Assembly (NCBI GenBank): GCA_039588275.1
Contig: JBDHAC010000001.1
Location: forward strand, 1 to 64,000
DNA: 64,000 nt
Direction: 5' to 3'
Source of the DNA: Gemmatimonadota bacterium
GTDB lineage: Bacteria > Gemmatimonadota > Gemmatimonadetes > Palauibacterales > Palauibacteraceae
The translations under genes were made by a program, and so were the position numbers. Each line of letters starts with the position of its first letter. Within the stretch, counting starts at the first letter, position 1. The notes under the pieces are model-generated. The model saw nothing but the letters and a program-made list of their open reading frames with translations. It was not told the DNA's origin and did not search any database. This document shows positions 57,215-64,000 of the stretch, one piece after another.

Positions 57215-57697
57215 ATGAAACCTCTGAAGCAGGCGGCCGAGGATTTCCTTTCCATCGACCGCATCGCCGTGGCCGGAGTGTCGCGCTCCTCGGCCCAGGC
57301 CGCGAACGGCATCTACCGGAAGCTCCGTGCGGAAGGCTATCACGTTTGTCCCATCAACCCGAACGCGGACGAGGTCGAGGGAGATCGGTGCTACCCGGAT
57401 CTGGCCTCGGTGCCGGAGACGGTAGACGGGGTGATCATCGCGACCCACCCTACCGTCACCCCCGAGCTCGTCCACGAATGCGTCCACCTGGGGATCCGGC
57501 ACGTCTGGATGCACCGCTCGTTCGGTGACGGCAGCGTCTCCGAGGAGGGAATCCGGCTCTGCGAGGAGCACGGAATCGAGCTGATCGCGGGCGCTTGCCC
57601 CCTGATGTTCTGCCGGGGCGCGGATGTGGGACACCGGTGCATACGATGGGTGCTCGGAGTCACGGGCAAGCTGCCGACCCCGGAGCGGGGCAGCTAG
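57215..57697 (+). CDS. CoA-binding protein (YccU-like)
   Basis: IAVAGVSR, PINP, CYPDL, GIRHVWMH, GACPLMF. Confidence 0.9.
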   Translation: MKPLKQAAEDFLSIDRIAVAGVSRSSAQAANGIYRKLRAEGYHVCPINPNADEVEGDRCYPDLASVPETVDGVIIATHPTVTPELVHECVHLGIRHVWMHRSFGDGSVSEEGIRLCEEHGIELIAGACPLMFCRGADVGHRCIRWVLGVTGKLPTPERGS

Positions 57698-57739
57698 CCA
57701 CCGGCAAGCTGCCGATCCCGGAGCGGGGCGGCTAGCCAC
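57665..57739 (+). repeat. 37-bp tandem duplication of the gene 3' end
   Basis: GGCAAGCTGCCGA[C/T]CCCGGAGCGGGGC[A/G]GCTAGCCAC at 57665-57701 and 57703-57739. Confidence 0.9.
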
Positions 57740-57767
57740 GAGCGTCACCAGTAGAGAGGGGCGAAAG

Positions 57768-58472
57768 ATAGGTTTCTGGGAGGATCCCGATCAGGTCGCG
57801 CGGTTCGCCGATCGCGAGCCGGATCGGAGACTCGTCGAGCTCCTGAACAGCCACTCGGACCCCGCCCGCGTACGCGTCCTCGACATCGGGTGTGCGGCGG
57901 GTCGCAACACGCTTCTCCTGGCCGCCGCCGGATTCGACCTTCACGCGGTCGATTCGTCGCGCGCGATGATCGAGCGAACCCGGGCGCGCGTCGCGGAGCT
58001 GCTCGGTCGCGACGAGGCGCAGCGGCGAATCCGTGTCGCACCGATGGACGACCTGGACTTCGAGAGCGGGTACTTCGACCTGGTCGTCGCGCTGGGCGTG
58101 TATCACAACGCCCGCTCTCCCGAGGAGTGGAACCGGGCGCTGTCCGAAACATCTCGCGTGCTCAAGCCGGGTGGGCGGCTCCTGGTGGCCAATTTCGCGA
58201 AACGCATCCGCCCCGAGGGAGCCCAGCTAGCCGAGGTGCCCGGTATGCCACACGTGTACGAGGGGTTACCCTCAGGTCGCGTGTACCTCCTCGATGCGGT
58301 GGGATTGGACGCGGCGATGGCCGGCCATGGGCTGGAGCCGGAGAGTCCCACCCGGACGGTGCAGGTCGTGAAGAACGGGGGGGTGCGCGTGACGATCAAC
58401 GGGCTCTACCGAAAGAGCGCCCGGAGCAGCGCTCCACGCGCGCCGGCGAACGTGGAACCACAGGACGGATAG
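57768..58472 (+). CDS. Class I SAM-dependent methyltransferase (start codon unclear, possibly ATA)
   Basis: VLDIGCAAGRN, FDLVVALGVYH, RVLKPGG. Confidence 0.8.
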   Translation: MGFWEDPDQVARFADREPDRRLVELLNSHSDPARVRVLDIGCAAGRNTLLLAAAGFDLHAVDSSRAMIERTRARVAELLGRDEAQRRIRVAPMDDLDFESGYFDLVVALGVYHNARSPEEWNRALSETSRVLKPGGRLLVANFAKRIRPEGAQLAEVPGMPHVYEGLPSGRVYLLDAVGLDAAMAGHGLEPESPTRTVQVVKNGGVRVTINGLYRKSARSSAPRAPANVEPQDG

Positions 58473-59515
58473 TGACGACGAGCCACACGACACGTGCCAT
58501 CCTCATCGATCGCCTCGGACCGCCCGAGATCCTGGCCGAACGCGAGGTTCCACTATCCGATCCCGGGCCCGGCGAGGTTCACCTCCGGGTCGAAGCGACG
58601 GGCGTCAACTTCGCCGATCTGATGATGCGGACCGGGCTTTACGGCACGGTTCCCCCGCGCCCCTTCAGCCCCGGGTTCGAGGTCGCGGGCGTCGTGGCGC
58701 GGACCGGCCCGGCCGTGGAGGCGTGGGGCGAAGGCGACCGCGCGGTCGCGCTGCTGCGCTATGGGGGTTACGCCCGAGACGTCGTGGTCCCCGAGCGACA
58801 GCTGTTCCCATACCCGGACGCCCTCACCCCGGTCGAGGCGGCCGCCGTGCCCGTCAACTTCCTCACCGCGTGGGTGTGTCTGTTCGAGACGGGGCACGCC
58901 CGCCGCGGCGACACAGCGCTCGTCCTCGGGGCCGGGGGCGGGGTCGGCACCGCGGCCGTGCAGCTGGGGACGCGACGCGGGCTCGGGGTGATCGGGACAG
59001 CGGGGCACCCGCGCAAGCGAGCGTTCGTCACGGAGGAGCTGGGTGCCGAGGCGTGCTTCGATTCGCTCGGGGACTGGGAGAAAGATGTGCGGGCGGCGGT
59101 GGGCGAGCGGGGCATCGACATCGCCCTCGACCCGGTGGGTGGCCCGGCGACCGCCGCCTGCCGCCGCCTGCTCGCGCCGCTCGGGAGGCTCGTGTTCTAT
59201 GGGCTCAGCAACGCCCTGCCGCGACGCAAGAGAAGCTGGCCGCGGGCCCTGAGGGCCTTCCTCGGTACGCGGCGCTTTCACCCGGCCTCGCTGGCCGAGC
59301 CCAACGTGGGCGTGTTCGGCGTTCACCTCCTCCACCTGGGGCGAAAGGAGGAACTGCTCGGTCCGGCGCTGGAGGAGATCTTTCGGGGCATCACTGCGGG
59401 CGAATGGCGACCGATCGTCGACCGCGTGTTCCCGCTGGATCAGGCGGGCGCCGCCGAGGCCCACTCTCACATCCACGCCCGCGGCAACCTGGGGAAGGTC
59501 CTGCTGGCGCCCTAA
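58472..59515 (+). CDS. Zinc-free MDR / NADPH:quinone oxidoreductase (VAT-1-like)
   Basis: GVNFADL, PGFEVAG, GAGGGVG, GKVLL; TAGTG overlap. Confidence 0.9.
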   Translation: MTTSHTTRAILIDRLGPPEILAEREVPLSDPGPGEVHLRVEATGVNFADLMMRTGLYGTVPPRPFSPGFEVAGVVARTGPAVEAWGEGDRAVALLRYGGYARDVVVPERQLFPYPDALTPVEAAAVPVNFLTAWVCLFETGHARRGDTALVLGAGGGVGTAAVQLGTRRGLGVIGTAGHPRKRAFVTEELGAEACFDSLGDWEKDVRAAVGERGIDIALDPVGGPATAACRRLLAPLGRLVFYGLSNALPRRKRSWPRALRAFLGTRRFHPASLAEPNVGVFGVHLLHLGRKEELLGPALEEIFRGITAGEWRPIVDRVFPLDQAGAAEAHSHIHARGNLGKVLLAP

Positions 59516-59657
59516 CCCACCGTGTCGAGAGGTCGATTCGGCCTTGGCCGGGGCTTGTGCACGCCGCGCTCGATGTCGGCGCGCGCGAAGATGCCCGCCA
59601 CAGGCCCACCCGGTGGTGCGAGGTGTTCGGGCATGGGTGATAATGTGGCCCGGCCCA

Positions 59658-59778
59658 TCTTCCGACGAGGACGCCGGGTCTTCCGACGATGTCGCCGGGT
59701 CTTCCGACGATGTCGCCGGGTCTTCCGACGATGTCGCCGGGTCTTCCGACGATGTCGCCGGGTCTTCCGACGATGTCG
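59658..59778 (+). repeat. 21-bp tandem repeat (VNTR), about 5.8 units
   Basis: Unit TCTTCCGACGATGTCGCCGGG; first unit variant, four identical, last partial; no spacers. Confidence 0.95.
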
Positions 59779-59829
59779 AAGATCGTCCGGCCGGATCGAA
59801 ACGGAGCGCATTCACTGAGCACCGGAGGA

Positions 59830-61047
59830 GTGACGCCCCGACCGGACAGCATCGAACCGGATGACCCGCGCCGACGGCGTATGGTAAGCGGCGTCGCCGT
59901 CGCCGCCGTCATCGCGGTGAGCCACGGTGCGATCGACGCGTACGCGGCCTTCCTGCACCCGCTGCTCCCCAGGATCATGGACAAGCTGGGGCTGTCGATC
60001 ACGCTGGCGGCCGCGCTCTCGATGAGCCTGTTCATCGCCGTCTCGGTGCTGCAGCCGCCGCTGGGCTACCTGGCCGACCGGTACGGCCGCCGTCCATACA
60101 CCGCCGCGGGTCCGATCCTGGCCGGCGTCTTCTTCTCCTTGATCGGGCTCGCCCCGACGTTCGTCGTGTTGGTCGTGTTCCTCGTGCTCGGTGGGCTCGG
60201 AGCCTCGACCTTCCACCCACCCGCCGCCTCGCTCGCTGCGCGCGCAGGCGAGGGGCGCGGGAGCGGCATGCGCTTCTCGGTCTTTTCGTTCGGGGGCGCG
60301 ATCGGGTTCGCGATCGGTCCGCTGGCAGCGGTGTGGCTGGTGGCCCGGTTCGGCTTCGAGGGGTTGTGGGTGGCGATGGTGCCGGGCGTCCTTCTGGGCC
60401 TCGTGTTGTGGCGCATGCTCCCGGACGATCGAGAGACACGGGCAGGGCCACCCCCTCCGCACCCCCTCCAGGTCCTCCGTGCATTGAAGGGTCCGCTCGG
60501 ACTCCTGTTCGGGATCAGCGCCGCCGGAGCGTTCGTGCAGCGCGTGTTTCTCACATTGACACCGATCATCGGCGCCCAGGCCGGGCGGACGGAGGCGACC
60601 GGAGCGGTCGTCTTGAGCCTGTACCTGGGCGCTCAGGCGCTGGGGACGCTTGCCGGGGGCGCGCTCGCAGACCGCGTGGATCGCCGCCACATCCTCCTGG
60701 CGGCTACGTCGATCGGCGTGCCGCTGCACATCCTGGCCGTAATCGCTCCACCCGCGGGCCCGCTCGCGATCGCCGCGGCGTTGTGCGCCGGATTCCTGAA
60801 CATGGGCATGCTTCCGGCGGTGGTCGTCATGGCGCAGGAGATCATGCCCGAGGGGACGGCGGTGAGCTCGGGAATCGTGATGGGTCTCGCCTGGGTCCCC
60901 GGCTCGCTCGGCGTACTGGGCGCCGGAGCCCTGGCCGATCAGATCGGTCCCGTCGGTGCCGCCGCGTGGTCGATGCCGATCCTGCTGGTCGGAACGCTCC
61001 TGGCGCTACACCCCGCGCTCAAAGCCTTCAGTCGCGCGGCACACTAG
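59830..61047 (+). CDS. MFS transporter (Fsr-like); start uncertain
   Basis: HGAIDAY, QPPLGYLADRYGRR, FHPPA, GGALADRVDRR. Confidence 0.9.
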   Translation: MTPRPDSIEPDDPRRRRMVSGVAVAAVIAVSHGAIDAYAAFLHPLLPRIMDKLGLSITLAAALSMSLFIAVSVLQPPLGYLADRYGRRPYTAAGPILAGVFFSLIGLAPTFVVLVVFLVLGGLGASTFHPPAASLAARAGEGRGSGMRFSVFSFGGAIGFAIGPLAAVWLVARFGFEGLWVAMVPGVLLGLVLWRMLPDDRETRAGPPPPHPLQVLRALKGPLGLLFGISAAGAFVQRVFLTLTPIIGAQAGRTEATGAVVLSLYLGAQALGTLAGGALADRVDRRHILLAATSIGVPLHILAVIAPPAGPLAIAAALCAGFLNMGMLPAVVVMAQEIMPEGTAVSSGIVMGLAWVPGSLGVLGAGALADQIGPVGAAAWSMPILLVGTLLALHPALKAFSRAAH

Positions 61048-61053
61048 GTCGTC

Positions 61054-62139
61054 TCAGGCGCTGACGCCCGCCAAGCGCTCGAGCACCATGTCCCCCATCA
61101 CATCGGTCGGGATGCCGCTCCGCGCGTCCGCGGACGGCACGTCACCGCTCGCGAGCAGATCCGCGATCGCGGTTTCCACGCGTCCCGCGGCCGCGGTCTC
61201 ACCCAAATAATCGAGCATCATCGCCACGGCGGAGATGGCTCCCAGGGGGCATGCCACGTTCTTCCCCGCATACTTGGGGGCGGAGCCGTGGATCGGCTCG
61301 AACATCGAGGTCTGCCCGGGATGGATGTTGCCCGAAGCCGCGATCCCCATCCCACCCTGAAGCATGGCCCCCAGATCGGTGATGATGTCGCCGAACATGT
61401 TGGTGGTGACGATGACATCGAACCACTCCGGGTTCTTCACCATCCACATGCAGCACGCGTCGACGTACGCATGGTCGGTGTCCACGTCGGGGTACTCGCC
61501 GGCCACGTGGGCAAACGAGCGGGTCCACACGTCGTGCGGACGGACCGCGTTCGCCTTGTCGACCAGGGTGACGAGGGGCTTTTGACCGTCATCGCGAGCG
61601 GCCGCACGCTTGCGGGCGAGCTCGAACGCATACCGGGAGGCGCGCTCGCACCCCTTCCACGTGTAGATCCCATTCACGAGCGCGATCTCGTCCGGCGTGT
61701 CCTTTCGCAGGTGCCCGCCGATCTGCGAGTACAGCCCTTCCGTGTTCTCCCGCACCACGACGAAATCGACGTCGTCCGGCCCCTTTCCCTTGAGCGGGCA
61801 CAGGTGCTCGGAATACAGCTTGATGGGTCTCAGGTTGATGTACAGATCGAGCCCGAACCGGAGACCCAGAATCACGGAGCGCTCGATCAATCCCGGCTCG
61901 ACGTCCGGGTGCCCGATGGCCCCCAGCAGCACCGCATCGAGCGTCGCCCACTCTTCGATCACCTCGTCGGGGACGAGCTCGCCCGTCGTCAGGTAGTGCT
62001 CGCTGCTGTACGGGTAGTCGACGAGCTCATAGCGGACATCCTCGAGCCCGGCGACCTCCTCCAGCACCTTCAACCCTTCGGCCGTCACCTCCGGGCCGAT
62101 TCCGTCCCCGCCCAGCACACCGATCTTGTATGTGGTCAT
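61054..62139 (-). CDS. leuB: 3-isopropylmalate dehydrogenase (isocitrate/isopropylmalate/tartrate DH family)
   Basis: GDGIGPEV, NLRP, VRENTEGLY, DKAN, NMFGDIITD, FEPIHGSAP. Confidence 0.78.
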   Translation of the reverse strand: MTTYKIGVLGGDGIGPEVTAEGLKVLEEVAGLEDVRYELVDYPYSSEHYLTTGELVPDEVIEEWATLDAVLLGAIGHPDVEPGLIERSVILGLRFGLDLYINLRPIKLYSEHLCPLKGKGPDDVDFVVVRENTEGLYSQIGGHLRKDTPDEIALVNGIYTWKGCERASRYAFELARKRAAARDDGQKPLVTLVDKANAVRPHDVWTRSFAHVAGEYPDVDTDHAYVDACCMWMVKNPEWFDVIVTTNMFGDIITDLGAMLQGGMGIAASGNIHPGQTSMFEPIHGSAPKYAGKNVACPLGAISAVAMMLDYLGETAAAGRVETAIADLLASGDVPSADARSGIPTDVMGDMVLERLAGVSA

Positions 62140-62333
62140 GGGTCTCTCTCCTCGTCTGGACACGGACAGTCTCGACGGCGAAGGTCGCGCAGTGCAATAG
62201 GCGACCCGGACCGGGTCGAAAGCGACTCCGGCTCGTACTCCTTCGTGGATCGTGGCCGATCTCGTTCGAAGGCGCTCGGAGGGTGTGTGGCGCGCGGTCG
62301 CGTTGCCCGCGACCGCGCGCTGCCACTCTGATC

Positions 62334-63755
62334 TCAGGGTCGGGTCGGCTCGACCTCGATCACCGTGCCGAACTGTGCCAGCTGATCGGCGATCACTGTT
62401 TTGTCACCCGTCACCACCAGCAGCATGTCCTCGCTGCGGAGATAATCCGCCGCGATTCTCTGCACTTCCTGCGGCGTGACGGAGTAGATCCGGCTCACGT
62501 ACCCGGTGAGGAACTCCTCCGGGAGACCATGCAGGTTCAGGAACGAAAGCTGCGACACGATCCCCTGCCGGCTCGAGTTCTGGAGCACGAAGATCCCCGC
62601 CATGTAGTTCTGGATCCCGCCCAGCTCGTCGTCGTCGGGAGGCTCGGTCTGCAGCCGGTCGATCTCCTTGAAGATCTCCTCGAGCGCCGGACCCGTGACG
62701 TCGGTGGTAACGTCGGCGATCTGCACCCAGTACGCGTCGCGGTATCGGGTCGAGACCTGGCTGAACGGCGAGTACGTATAGCCCTTGTCCTCGCGAATGT
62801 TGCTGGTGATGCGCGAGCCGAACGCGCCGCCCAGGAGCGTGTTGGCCACCTGGAGCGACACGAAGTCCGCGTCCGAGGGATCGACCACCGGTAGACCGAG
62901 ATACATTGTCGACTGCGGCGCACCTGGCCGGTTGATGAGCACGATCTCGCGCCCGGTGCGTGGCTCCGCCCGCTTCTCATCCGCCGGTGTTCCGGCCGCC
63001 CAGTCGCCGAAGGCCTCGCGCACCGCGTCCTCGATCGCGTCGGCGTCGAACCGCCCGCTCACGTACAGGTGCGAGCGAGCCGCCCCGTAGTTGGCGGCCC
63101 AGAAGTCCCGGACCTGCTCGATCGTGTAACTCTCGATCATGGCCTGGGTGGGGTAGATCCGACCGTACGCGTGGTCGCCGTACATCCGCCGCCGGAACTC
63201 CGCCAGCGAGACGGATCGCGGGCGCTGTAGGCTGACGGAGACCCGCCGGACCCGGTCGGTCTTGATCCGCTCCAGCTCCGACTCCGGCAGTGTGGAGTTC
63301 CGCGCCACATCCGCCACCAGCCGAACCAGATCGGGGCCGAAGTCGGAGAGGACGTCGCCACCGATCGTGGTCTGGTCGAGACCCACGCCGATGTTGAGCT
63401 CACCGCCCATCGCGGCCGCTTCTTGCGCGAGCTCCTCGGCGGTCCGCGTGGCCGTGCCCTCCTGCATCAAGTCACCCGTGATGTCGGCCAGCCACACCTC
63501 GTCAGCCGCCTCGTCGATGTTGCCGGAGCGGATGATCAGCTGCATGTACACCTTGGGCGTGGCCCCATACGGGACCAGCGTGACCTGAAGGCCGTTGTCG
63601 AGCGAGTACGTGTCCCCCTGGGGGAGATTGAAGTCGCGCGGCTCGCCTCCGGGTGGCGGGGTCTGCTGCGCGACGCCGGGTCCGGCGATCCCCATCGCGA
63701 CCAACAGGAGGAGGGACCCGCGGGTGGACCTCCCGCTCTTCGTGTGCGCTCTCAT
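62334..63755 (-). CDS. M16 (pitrilysin-like) peptidase subunit, likely non-catalytic
   Basis: LDNGL, LLGGAFGSRITSNIREDKGYTYS; no HxxEH motif. Confidence 0.88.
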   Translation of the reverse strand: MRAHTKSGRSTRGSLLLLVAMGIAGPGVAQQTPPPGGEPRDFNLPQGDTYSLDNGLQVTLVPYGATPKVYMQLIIRSGNIDEAADEVWLADITGDLMQEGTATRTAEELAQEAAAMGGELNIGVGLDQTTIGGDVLSDFGPDLVRLVADVARNSTLPESELERIKTDRVRRVSVSLQRPRSVSLAEFRRRMYGDHAYGRIYPTQAMIESYTIEQVRDFWAANYGAARSHLYVSGRFDADAIEDAVREAFGDWAAGTPADEKRAEPRTGREIVLINRPGAPQSTMYLGLPVVDPSDADFVSLQVANTLLGGAFGSRITSNIREDKGYTYSPFSQVSTRYRDAYWVQIADVTTDVTGPALEEIFKEIDRLQTEPPDDDELGGIQNYMAGIFVLQNSSRQGIVSQLSFLNLHGLPEEFLTGYVSRIYSVTPQEVQRIAADYLRSEDMLLVVTGDKTVIADQLAQFGTVIEVEPTRP

Positions 63756-64000
63756 CGGTCACCTCCCGTCGCCGCAGAGGCTGCACCCGGCTCGACGAAC
63801 AGGAGCGTCCGATTCCCGGGGCGCAGGTACTCATCCGCCGTCCGCTGCAGGAGTTCCGGCGTTACCGCGGCGAACCGGTCCTCGAGTTGGTTGATCCGGC
63901 CCGGATCATCATCGAACAAAGCGAACGATGCGAGCAGATCGGCGCGGCCGAACCCGAAGAACCCGTCGACCGCGTCGTAGAACAGCGAACGAAGCTTGAC
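63752..64000 (-). CDS. 3' end of partner M16 peptidase subunit (partial)
   Basis: Open frame ...INQLEDRFAAVTPELLQRTADEYLRPGNRTLLFV...*; ATGA overlap with the next gene. Confidence 0.8.
   Translation of the reverse strand, partial: VKLRSLFYDAVDGFFGFGRADLLASFALFDDDPGRINQLEDRFAAVTPELLQRTADEYLRPGNRTLLFVEPGAASAATGGDR

Noticed and set aside
59658..59778. Possible CRISPR array
   Set aside because: Units are directly adjacent with no unique spacers, and there are no cas genes in the window

Overview
GC-rich, gene-dense bacterial window; gene content and style suggest Gemmatimonadota, which is an inference. I found no rRNA, tRNA, CRISPR array, integrase or transposase. Most genes are housekeeping or accessory: many secreted peptidases (M61, two S9, M16 pair, M23, M15), MarR-DoxX, TetR, two MFS transporters, a 2-oxoacid:ferredoxin oxidoreductase operon whose delta subunit carries an inserted GltD-like flavoprotein, and a LeuB-like dehydrogenase. 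The best candidate for an undescribed system is a tightly coupled six-gene operon at 15473-21715. It encodes an alpha/beta hydrolase, a caspase-family (C14) protease, a beta-sandwich/helical/wHTH protein, two coiled-coil lipoproteins and a small helical protein with a hydrophobic tail. It is transcribed divergently from an outer-membrane barrel plus neutral ceramidase pair, with two strong palindromes in the shared promoter region. A second notable block (22697-35232) is a DUF3047/TolC/MlaC/MMPL/IPCT-DIPPS-like lipid synthesis and export operon next to a flippase, radical SAM and two glycosyltransferase genes. Smaller signals include unannotated small ORFs, gene-end duplications, a 62-bp dispersed repeat, a 21-bp VNTR and two probable pseudogenes. 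All family calls come from recognising motifs by eye; no searches were run.
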